The position numbers were made by a program, and so were the translations under genes. A stretch of 63,881 nucleotides of DNA, filler included, from Reclinomonas americana ATCC 50394 (lineage: Eukaryota), in the NCBI GenBank assembly GCA_048213135.1. It is 3 parts of 2 records of this genome, joined end to end, with 100 filler letters (N's around TTAATTAATTAA, not from the genome) between each part and the next. Parts side by side here need not be neighbours in the genome. Positions count along the whole stretch, not along the records: positions 53,056 to 63,881 come from PS015026.1; 2 more parts are not named here. The stretch is one strand, 5' to 3'. Within the stretch, counting starts at the first letter, position 1; each line of letters begins with the position of its first letter. The notes under the pieces were generated by a model. The model did no database searches. It saw only the letters and a program-made list of their open reading frames with translations, and was not told the origin of the DNA. Below, piece after piece: positions 54,010 through 63,881 of the stretch.

Positions 54010-54829
54010 ATGGATTCACGGACGGTGCGTCTGCCGCTCTTCTCTCACTCTACGTGTGTGGTCGTGTGTGTGTGCATGGAGCAGCGATGCAGCGCAGAGA
54101 GTGCTGTCTCGTTGTCTCGGTCGCCGTTTCTTCTGTCTGTGTACTCTGTTCTCGCAAGCACGCGTCCGGCGGGTTTCTGAAGTGGCTCTTTCGCACACTC
54201 ACACAGAGTTCGAGTGCCAACACAACTGCGGAGCTCAACGAGCTGACGCACGCCATGAAGGGGTTTGAGCACGAGGTCCGCCACCAACGCCTGCATGCGA
54301 TCTGTCTCGCTTGTGTTCACTCTCTCCCGTCTCAGCGATCCGAGTTTGATCGTTTTGGACTGGAAGACAGCGGGCTGGGCAGGTCTGATGGTGGGCGGCG
54401 AGTGTCGCTGAGCGCACTCACCACCAACAACAGCAAGGGTGCGCACGATTGCTGTCGCTGCTGCTCTGCTATCACTTGTCTCCGCTCACCATGTGTGTGG
54501 TTCTCAGCGGTACTGGCCGCGCTGCGTGCGCTGCAAGACAAGATCCGCAAGCTCGAGTCGGAGAAGCGCTTCTACGAGGAGACATTGACGGAGACGAAGC
54601 GCAATGCGGAGGCTGTGCGTGAGGACTTGGAGACTCGCATGCGGGAGCACGCTCAGAGGGAGGAGATTATCCGGAGAGATCGCGATGCACTGCAGCGTGA
54701 CAGAAATGGTGGGTATAGGAAGGAGGAGGAGAAGGGAGAAGAGAGGGGAAAGAGAGGCGGAGTGTTGAGAAGGACATCGGAGGGGGAGTGAGAGCGAGTG
54801 CGTGAATGCTTGTCACGAACGAGAACACG

Positions 54830-54865
<36 letters not shown>

Positions 54866-55723
54866 CTCTGTGTAGTGTCACGAGGGAGAACGCGGTGTAA
54901 GAGACAGGACCTGTGCAATATCACGAGGGAGGACACAATGTGTGTGTGAAAGCGCAGAAAGAGCTGAGCAATCCTGAGACGAGAACAGTGCTTGTATGGA
55001 CGATTTTCACTTGTGGTTCTCATGTGATGCCTCGTGCAGAGCTGGCCATGGCGCTGACGTCGGTCAAGGAGCAAGTGATACAATTGGAGACAGAACTGCG
55101 GTACCTGCGTGAGGTAACCGAATCGACAACGCAGGAGAAGCGAGTGGCAGAGGTACTCGGCAACTCTGTGTGAGTTTTAAGTGGAGCGCTGACCACTCAC
55201 GGAGTCTTGACACGACGCAGGCAAAATCATCGTCAAGCGAGCAGCGGATGCAGCGGGTCATTGATGAGAGCGGTCGGCGTATCCGGGAGCTGGAGCAAAA
55301 GCTGTCGTCGGCCGAGGATCGCGCACAGACAAATGAGCGACAGGTGAAGCAGCTGCAAGACATTTTGAATCACGAGACTACCACAAGGCAAGAGAGCGAG
55401 GCGCAGCGCGAAAAGGTTTGTGCGAGTGTGCGTGCAGATCTATGTGAGCAAACAATGCACTTTGCTGATGGGTGTGCCACGCAGCTCGACAAGGGCATGC
55501 GCGAGTTGTTGCAACTCAACGAGTTGCTGGTGACCAAGCTGACCATGGTGGAGGAGCAAAGGACAACAAACGCCATTGCCTCGGCCTCTGCAACACTGGC
55601 AGGTGGAAAGCGTGGGGTGCGTGAACAATAATGCCCTGCCATCCCCCCCTCTTCCTCCCCATGTCACTCACTGTGTGCGAGCAGCGGAAAAAGACCAAGA
55701 AGAGTGCACCGCGCGCACCGGCC
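54010..55723 (+). CDS. CEP57: CEP57/translokin-like, N-terminal part
   Basis: NNSK|AVLAALRALQDKIRKLESEK (Cep57 centrosome-localisation motif) followed by coiled coil; runs into a gap. Confidence 0.8.
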
Positions 55724-55784
55724 NNNNNNNNNNNNNNNNNNNNNNNNNNNNNNNNNNNNNNNNNNNNNNNNNNNNNNNNNNNNN

Positions 55785-55914
55785 ACTCGGCAAGCCCATC
55801 AGTGCCAACATGGACGAGAATGTGGAGCAGCTGCGACTTCAGTTGCGCGAGCTCCGCAAGACGGTTTCGCAGCGGTACGCCGAGAAGCTCGGCAGTGACT
55901 GTGTTGTAGTGTAA
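55785..55914 (+). CDS. Terminal exon fragment of the CEP85-like gene (in the inverted segment)
   Basis: LRELRKTVSQRYAEKLGSDCVVV* resembles the CEP85 C-terminus (..S.RYA..G..C..). Confidence 0.65.
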
Positions 55915-56147
55915 CTTTTTGTGGAGTTTATCATTTCAGGAGCGTTTCAATGATATTTCTTCCTTTACACTTTCGCCACCCATCACACAAAACAACACAG
56001 CGAGACGTCGCAGATTATCTTTGCCAGAGCGAAACGACCACTGTTGCACGTGCCATCAGCGCGAGAGAAAATAATTGTGTGGCTCTCAGAGGCCACCAGA
56101 TCAGCAAAACAACCAAAAAAAGGTGAGAGGAGAAAAAAAGGATGCCC

Positions 56148-57053
56148 CTAGTTATCCATGTCGCCGGTGCGATCCAGCGTCTTGAGCGAGTGGTACAGCT
56201 TGAGCGCGGCGATGCGCTTCTCCGCCCCACGTGCGCGTGGTGGTGTCAGAGCCTGGCGTAGCCGATCACGCAGAGTGGCGCGGTACGCCTTCAGTGTCCT
56301 CAGTTGCTGGCCCTTGGCCTCCAACTTGTCGATCAGCTCACGCAATGCCGAGCCCAACAACGCGTCGTTTGGTGCAGTGGTGCTTGTGCTCTGCGCACGT
56401 TTCAGAATGTCTTCGTACTTGCTGTGCGGCAACGGAATAATAAGTACGGAGACATTCCACAGCGCACACGACGGCTGCAGCACGCAACGCATAGAGGTCG
56501 TCGTACTCGCGCTGTAGTGCCTGGATTACCTCGCCGACATCCGCGTTGCGGTCGCGCACCGCCGTGAGAATGTCCTCGGCCTGTCGTGTTACTCTGTCGA
56601 CAGACACGCGCGGAGTGCACACGGAGCAGTGGGCGTGGCCGGGTGATTCGTCACCGTGTCGCGAGTAGTCGAGTGAGCGCTGCACAGCGGCCGCTGTGTT
56701 GTGTGAGGCACCCGACTGCGATCGAGCGAGCGTGAGCACCACCAAACGACAAGAAACAGAAGCAGCAGACGTGACGCAACACTGACTCCGGCAGGGATGA
56801 ACGGCACCTCCTCGCCAAGATTCGCACGACGCAATCGGTCGTGAATGGTTCGTCGCGGAGTAATGGAGCGCTTTCTTGTGGCCGATGCAGGTCGAGCAGA
56901 CGACGGACGGGAAGCGCTGGAGCTGCGCAACGACGCCGCGCTCGCCTCCTGCAACGGCAAGCTGCTAATGTCGGTGGTGGTGTGCAGCAGCGCAGAGGCC
57001 ACCGTTGGTTGTTGATAGTGCGGCATCGCATCGTATGCCTCGCTGTCCTCCAC
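56148..57053 (-). CDS. CEP57: CEP57-like C-terminal part (in the inverted segment)
   Basis: EVPFIPAGVS|SGASHNTAAAVQ, DVGEVIQALQREYDDL, LRELIDKLEAKGQQLRTL resemble the Cep57 central motif and microtubule-binding domain. Confidence 0.75.
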
Positions 57054-57558
57054 NNNNNNNNNNNNNNNNNNNNNNNNNNNNNNNNNNNNNNNNNNNNNNN
57101 NNNNNNNNNNNNNNNNNNNNNNNNNNNNNNNNNNNNNNNNNNNNNNNNNNNNNNNNNNNNNNNNNNNNNNNNNNNNNNNNNNNNNNNNNNNNNNNNNNNN
57201 NNNNNNNNNNNNNNNNNNNNNNNNNNNNNNNNNNNNNNNNNNNNNNNNNNNNNNNNNNNNNNNNNNNNNNNNNNNNNNNNNNNNNNNNNNNNNNNNNNNN
57301 NNNNNNNNNNNNNNNNNNNNNNNNNNNNNNNNNNNNNNNNNNNNNNNNNNNNNNNNNNNNNNNNNNNNNNNNNNNNNNNNNNNNNNNNNNNNNNNNNNNN
57401 NNNNNNNNNNNNNNNNNNNNNNNNNNNNNNNNNNNNNNNNNNNNNNNNNNNNNNNNNNNNNNNNNNNNNNNNNNNNNNNNNNNNNNNNNNNNNNNNNNNN
57501 NNNNNNNNNNNNNNNNNNNNNNNNNNNNNNNNNNNNNNNNNNNNNNNNNNNNNNNNNN

Positions 57559-60500
57559 GCACTGGACACGCAACGATTTCAACCCAGTCTCCACCAAGAA
57601 AAACAACTCACCTCGTGCAACTCCCGGCGCAAACCCGCTGCATCACGGGAAGACTCGTCGCGCTCCCGTGTGCACGTCTGCAGTCGCTGATCGAGATCGT
57701 CAAAGGCCTTCAACGTCGGTCGCTCCTCCAGCTCCCGTCGACACTGCGACAGCGCCTCCTTGGTCGTGCTCAACTCGCTCTCGGCCTGATCACGCTCGCT
57801 CGTCACGCGTTCCAGCTCGGTCTTCAATCGATCCCGTTCCGTCGTCGTGCGGTCGAACTCGGCACCGAGCAGCAGCTTCTCGGTGGACACGCGCTCCAGA
57901 TCCGCCGTCAAGCGCGACTTGTCAATTTGCGCAAACTCCAACTCGGCGGCAACTCGTGCCTTCTCGCCCGTCACCCGGTCCAGATCGCTGGCCAGGCGCG
58001 CTTTTTCGCCATTGGCAAAGGCCAGCTCCGCCGATAATCTCGAGCGATCGCTGGTGGTGCGTTCGAGTTCCGACAAGAGTCGCACGCGCTCCATGGCGAT
58101 GCGGTCGGTGGTGTCGGTGGCATCGTCACGAGCGGCAATCAGCTGGTCAAATTGATTGCGCGTGAGCTCCTCCATTTGCTTGGCGGCACTGCGCTGCCGC
58201 TCGATTTCCGCCTCCTGACGCGAGATCGTCTGCGTGCGCGCGCGCGCGCAAAGTCAACACTTCGAACACTACGGTGGCACAGAGATGAGAAGTACACACA
58301 CCTCCTGTTGCTCGGCGTTGAGGCTGCGGTTGCGTTCCAGCTCCGAGGTCACCCGATCGAGCATGGCCGTTTGCTCTTCGAGTTGCGAACAAACATCGTC
58401 CTTCACCTGGCGCAGCTCGCGCATCTCGACAGTCAACATGCCACACCGCTGCGTGTACTCTTGCAGCTGCCTTTCGAGCTCCGCCACTTGACGCCGTCCA
58501 CCACCACTACTGTCGCCATGCCATGCCTCGCCCGAGCCATCCTGCATCAGCGACGCACACAATGTCACGTGAGGCGACGAGGAAAGGAAGAACAAGGAGA
58601 AAGAGAGACCGCAACGCACCTTGCTAGCAGCCGCGGCAGCCGTGGTCTTGTCCAGCAACTGCTGACGCAGTGTCAAGACTTCGCTGGCCAGACGCGCCTT
58701 CTCGTCCAGCCGCTGCTGCAACTGGGCACGCATCGCCGTCAGCTCGCGTTCCGACTCGCCGTCCACACGCTCCCGCTCCGAGCGCAGTCGAGCGACTTCG
58801 CGACGCAGCGATTCCACCTCCTCGCTGACCACGCTGGTGTGCACCAACTGTGATGGTGGTGGTGGGGCAGTAGTGGCGGCGGCGGCGCGTGACAATGTCG
58901 CCCGCTCAGCTCGCCGTGCCTCCAACTCCACGCGCAACGCCTGCGCCTCCGCACGAGCCTTCTCCACCTCCTCCACACACGACACGCGCGAGGAGCGAAC
59001 CTCGATGCGTAGCGACTCGAGATCCACTCGAAGCGCGTTGTTTTCGCGGCGCAGCTGCTCCTCTGACCGCTGCAACGACTCGAGATCGGCGTGGAGACGC
59101 GCGTTCTCGCGCCGCATGGCGGCCGACCGATCCGGCGAACCGTTGCTTCCTGCGCCCATCGACACGTCCATCACATCGGCGGCATTCCTCTGGTGCTGCT
59201 GCTGTTGTTGCTGCTGCTGCTGTACGCGCAACGCCTCCAACTCCAGTCTCATCAACGAGTTCTCGCGTCGGAGTGCTGCGAGCGCAGGTGGTGACTGCGG
59301 CGAGGTGACGAGCGATGACGGTGACGTAGCACCGGCCGCGGCGTGATTCTGTGCATACATCCGCTCAATGTCGGCCGTCAGTCGCGCAATGTCACCCTGC
59401 TGACGCTGCACCAGCAGCAGGAGGCGGGCATTTTCGGCTTTGCCACTGCTCCACTCTGATGACGGTGAGGACGACAGACGTGTGTGAGTGTCAGGAGGGA
59501 GAGGGAGATATGAGTGCCAGCAAGACCTTCGTAGTGCTGCGTGGCCGTTCGAGCCGTCTGCTGTGCCGCGGTCTGCATGTTCTCACACGTCAGCATGGTG
59601 CGCACGTACGAAGGCAATAGAGCTCCGACTCACCAACTGCGTCTGCAACCGTTGTACCTCCTGCTCCAGCTGCGCTACGCGTGTCCGATTCGTGTCCTCG
59701 CGATCACCGTTCCCGGACGTATCTGTGTTGCTTAGTGAGGGGCGATTCTGGTGCGAATCGACTGTGCACGAGGAAACACTCGCCTCTCTTGCTGTGTCGC
59801 AGTTCGTCTTCGAGCCTACACACCTCATTCTGTGTCAGCATGCCATCTCAATTCCCCTCCCCTCCCTCCCACTCTACAAACCGTCGCACAGTCTCAGTGA
59901 GACGCTTGCCGTCGGCGCGCGCAGTCGACACTGCCGCGTCGCGCTCGTCCAGCACGCGCTTCAACACCTCCACCTCGTCCCTGTAAAACTCCAGCGATTT
60001 GCTCTGGCCAACGAAATGAGACTGCTGATCGTGACGACCCAAGCAACACCACCTCGGCAAACCTTTTCCTGCATCAGAGCCTCCAGTCGATGCAACTCTT
60101 GCATGTCGGAGGCCCGTCGATTGGTGCGATCTTGCAGCTCGGCCAGTTGACGACGCAATTTTGTACACCTTTCGAACGGATGAGTCTCCCATCACTCTTT
60201 CTCTCTTTCCACTCCCCCAACCTCTTACACCAACCTCTTCTCCACATCGTCCAGTTCTGCGACAGCATCGTTGCGCTTGGCGTCGGCTTCGGCAAGCTAT
60301 GTACATGCACGCCACAGTGAGCCACCTTTCTCTCTCTCTCTCTTTCCACCGTCATCTGTCGTGCAACGCACCCGATCTCGCATCGATGACAACTCGGCCG
60401 CACACGAAGCACGCACGCTGTCGAGCGTGCTCTGCAGCGCCACGATCCTCTGATCTCGTTCGCGAATCGCCTCTTCGTAGTCCAACTTGCTGCGCTCGAA

Positions 60501-61591
60501 TTCCTCATGCTTGGTGTGCTTCTTCTCGGCCTCCAGTCTGTAACTCCCACGAGTTGAGCAACGCAGGAGTGGTCAGCCTCACACACTCACACACACACAA
60601 CCACACACCGCTGCACGACGCGCGTCAATCGCGACATTTCATCCACTGCCCGTTTGCGTTCCATGTCGGCGCGCTCCTTGTCCTTTTGCAGCGTGGCAAT
60701 CTCCTTAAAGTGCTGCGTGCGCAACTCCAGCAGCTCCAGGTTCTTCTCGCTCAACTCGTTGCGAATGAGCATCACATAGCTCTTCTCCACCAGATTCGAC
60801 GAGCGCTCCCCGTGCGGCACCGCTTCGTGCTCCACCGGCGAGTGATGCCGTCTTGCAGCTCCGCCGGCACCCGACGACGTCGCTACTGGTGGTGGCTGTG
60901 GCGGCGGTGGGTGCGACGAAAGCGGAGCAGATGCCGGTGGTTGTTGTTGCGAGGCTCCCGCATGACCTGTGCAATGCATGAGACAGACAACTGGAAAGAT
61001 CGCGAGGGCACGCACGCATGCCAACCATTGCCAAACGCATCCAGCTCGTACAGATCGCGCTGCTCCAACGCATCCCCGGTAAACAGTGGCGACGAGGCCC
61101 GCACATGCATCACTGGCGGAGGCGACGGATCGCGAGATCGCCGCGACGACGGCTGCTGTTGCCTCGGCGGCAACATGCCAGCTGCGCGCACTCAATCAGC
61201 ACGCACTCCTCCCTCTCTCTCTCTCTCACACACACAGTACCTGTCTCTCGTCGATACGACGGCTGCGTCTGCTGCTGGTACGGCTTGACAGGCGTGACCG
61301 CGTCATTGAAAAAGTACTTGTCAAGCAAATGCGCCTCGCGCGGTGCAAATCGCGACAAGAACGCGTCCTTGTCGATCTCGGGAACACTCAGAGGCACACC
61401 AGCACCGCCTCCACCGCCATTCGTCGCCGACCCGGCAGACGATCGCAAACTGTGTGATGAATGAATGACAGAGAAGGAGTCCACATCGCTTTCGCAGGCA
61501 CCCGCACTTGATCGTTGCATGCGTGCGCATGTGTGCCTCTGTGTGCGTGCGTGTGTGCGTGGGTGTTGGTTGTGTGTGTGGCTCACCTCAT
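57559..61591 (-). CDS. Large coiled-coil protein, CEP85-like (3' end displaced)
   Basis: Multi-exon heptad-rich frame from ATG 61591; ELEERPTLKAF motif; no stop before the gap. Confidence 0.65.
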
Positions 61592-61883
61592 TCGTTCCCG
61601 CCGAAATCGTCACTGATCGACAGCAGCGATTGCGTGTGCGTCTCACTCTCTCACACACTCACGCACAGTCGCCCTCCACTGTGACACTGATCACTCGCCA
61701 AGCGCGGCAAAAGACAACTTCAGAGGCGAGAGAGAGAAAAAAAGTCACGAAATTTCACTTTGCATTTCACAACACACACATCGCGGCTGAGAGCAACCGT
61801 TTTTGTGACTTCTTTGTGCGTCTGTGTGTGTGTTTTCCTCTCCACTGTGCGGTGTGAGAGAGAAAGAGTAAGAACCAGACGCG

Positions 61884-63857
61884 ATGGAGCCACACGTGCG
61901 CAACGATGACCACGACGCTGGAGGCACGACACACGCTGCAGCAACGTTGCGACGCACAATATGTTCCGGACATGGCACTCAGCTCTCACTCACTCTTCCC
62001 CTTCTCCACAGGCGTCTCTCTCCTCCACTGCGTTTCCCCGCGCCGGCAGTACCGCTGCCTGCGCCACCGCCAGTGCCGCAGCCGCCGCACTTTGGCGCAA
62101 GTGTCTCCCCACGCAGTGGCACTCCACCGCCCTCACAGCGACTGCCACCGCTGCCCACCGACGCCGCCAGCAGTGTCAGACGTTGCGCGCGCACACACAC
62201 ACACACGCACACAAGTAAGCGTCTAACACATACACACACTCTCAATCAATGCACAGCGTTGAATGCGGCTCGATTGCTGGCCGGTCGCGGCTTCAACAAT
62301 GCCGCGTCACCGGCGTCGCCGACGTCGTCGCCGCGCTTTGCTCTGGCGACCACATTGCCTCCACGTTTGGCGACGCTGCCGGCCGCGGGAAGCGCCGAGC
62401 CGGCGGCAGCACGCTTGTCGGATGTGCGACTGCATTTGCCACCGGCGCCGTTTGCCATTCGACCGAGTCGCGCGGTGCATGATGACGAGGATGATGAGGG
62501 CGGTGATGATGAGGCGCCGCCGCCACCGCCGCCACCGCAATCGACGGCTTCAGCGTTGCGCCCGGTGACACCGTTGCAGCCGTTTGCCATGTCGATGAAT
62601 CGATCGCTGGGCCCGCGTCCAATCCCGGGACAGGTGCCGTCGCCGCCGCTGGATGCGCCGTTGCAGTTCAATCCGCTGTTTGCGTCGCGTGCGGTGCGTC
62701 ACTGTCGTCGTTTTTTTGTGCATGCCATCGTCTCACCATGTTCTTGTTTGCTCGAACAGTTGTCACCGCCGNNNNNNNNNNNNNNNNNNNNNNNNNNNNN
62801 NNNNNNNNNNNNNNNNNNNNNNNNNNNNNNNNNNNNNNNNNNNNNNNNNNNNNNNNNNNNNNNNNNNNNNNNNNNNNNNNNNNNNNNNNNNNNNNNNNNN
62901 NNNNNNNNNNNNNNNNNNNNNNNNNNNNNNNNNNNNNNNNNNNNNNNNNNNNNNNNNNNNNNNNNNNNNNNNNNNNNNNNNNNNNNNNNNNNNNNNNNNN
63001 NNNNNNNNNNNNNNNNNNNNNNNNNNNNNNNNNNNNNNNNNNNNNNNNNNNNNNNNNNNNNNNNNNNNNNNNNNNNNNNNNNNNNNNNNNNNNNNNNNNN
63101 NNNNNNNNNNNNNNNNNNNNNNNNNNNNNNNNNNNNNNNNNNNNNNNNNNNNNNNNNNNNNNNNNNNNNNNNNNNNNNNNNNNNNNNNNNNNNNNNNNNN
63201 NNNNNNNNNNNNNNNNNNNNNNNNNNNNNNNNNNNNNNNNNNNNNNNNNNNNNNNNNNNNNNNNNNNNNNNNNNNNNNNNNNNNNNNNNNNNNNNNNNNN
63301 NNNNNNNNNNNNNNNNNNNNNNNNNNNNNNNNNNNNNNNNNNNNNNNNNNNNNNNNNNNNNNNNNNNNNNNNNNNNNNNNNNNNNNNNNNNNNNNNNNNN
63401 NNNNNNNNNNNNNNNNNNNNNNNNNNNNNNNNNNNNNNNNNNNNNNNNNNNNNNNNNNNNNNNNNNNNNNNNNNNNNNNNNNNNNNNNNNNNNNNNNNNN
63501 NNNNNNNNNNNNNNNNNNNNNNNNNNNNNNNNNNNNNNNNNNNNNNNNNNNNNNNNNNNNNNNNNNNNNNNNNNNNNNNNNNNNNNNNNNNNNNNNNNNN
63601 NNNNNNNNNNNNNNNNNNNNNNNNNNNNNNNNNNNNNNNNNNNNNNNNNNNNNNNNNCCGCGTGCGGCTACTGCGCCGACGCCGTCGACTCCAGCGACCC
63701 CGGCACCGGCGCCGCCGCTCCCAGAGACGCGACAGCCATCGGCGCCTGTACCGCCGTCTACGCCGCAGCCGCCGCCGAGAGTGGACACGCATCCACCACC
63801 GCTGCCGCCACTGCTGCCCATGTCGCCGACGTCGGCGACGAACACGCCGGCGGGTGA
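61884..63857 (+). CDS. Proline-rich protein, partial, unidentified
   Basis: ATG 61884, introns starting at 61946 and 62182, polyproline/acidic exons; large gap follows. Confidence 0.5.
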   Translation: MEPHVRNDDHDAGGTTHAAATLRRTICSGHGTQLSLTLPLLHRRLSPPLRFPAPAVPLPAPPPVPQPPHFGASVSPRSGTPPPSQRLPPLPTDAASSVRRCARTHTHTHTSKRLTHTHTLNQCTALNAARLLAGRGFNNAASPASPTSSPRFALATTLPPRLATLPAAGSAEPAAARLSDVRLHLPPAPFAIRPSRAVHDDEDDEGGDDEAPPPPPPPQSTASALRPVTPLQPFAMSMNRSLGPRPIPGQVPSPPLDAPLQFNPLFASRAVRHCRRFFVHAIVSPCSCLLEQLSPPXXXXXXXXXXXXXXXXXXXXXXXXXXXXXXXXXXXXXXXXXXXXXXXXXXXXXXXXXXXXXXXXXXXXXXXXXXXXXXXXXXXXXXXXXXXXXXXXXXXXXXXXXXXXXXXXXXXXXXXXXXXXXXXXXXXXXXXXXXXXXXXXXXXXXXXXXXXXXXXXXXXXXXXXXXXXXXXXXXXXXXXXXXXXXXXXXXXXXXXXXXXXXXXXXXXXXXXXXXXXXXXXXXXXXXXXXXXXXXXXXXXXXXXXXXXXXXXXXXXXXXXXXXXXXXXXXXXXXXXXXXXXXXXXXXXXXXXXACGYCADAVDSSDPGTGAAAPRDATAIGACTAVYAAAAAESGHASTTAAATAAHVADVGDEHAGG

Positions 63858-63881
63858 GATGCAGCGTGCGCCGATTCGTGC

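Overview
Draft eukaryotic nuclear sequence from a gene-dense, very intron-rich (mostly 55-110 nt GT-AG introns), microsatellite-rich protist. It is probably flagellated, judging by the ZMYND10-, CEP57- and CEP85-like genes. The window is not contiguous: two 100-nt N/TTAATTAATTAA spacers (27448-27547, 52956-53055) join three scaffolds. Manual splicing gives about 24 genes under the standard code: GCKR-like, arylsulfatase, EF-hand, threonine dehydratase, GTP cyclohydrolase I, TPR-ankyrin-MYND, RPL38, ubiquitin-like, WD40, a membrane protein, TAF4-like, ZMYND10, a methyltransferase, a TPR protein, a mitochondrial carrier, QTRT1, ABCA, RFC1, DNAJC17, CEP57, CEP85-like and several unknowns, plus one tRNA. 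Main signals: (1) about 30 5' splice sites in which the normal donor (GTGCGT/GTGAGT/GTTCGT) carries an extra T (GTTGCGT/GTTGAGT/GTTTCGT), used almost only when the exon does not end in G; (2) a tRNA-Leu(AAG) lacking the long variable arm; (3) a tRNA-guanine transglycosylase with no CxCxxC zinc ligands; (4) a degenerate-ATPase half ABCA; (5) 5-nt microexons; (6) a gap-flanked segment (55785-57053) that is inverted and splits two centrosomal genes. All calls come from reading the sequence and remembered family motifs; no searches were run.
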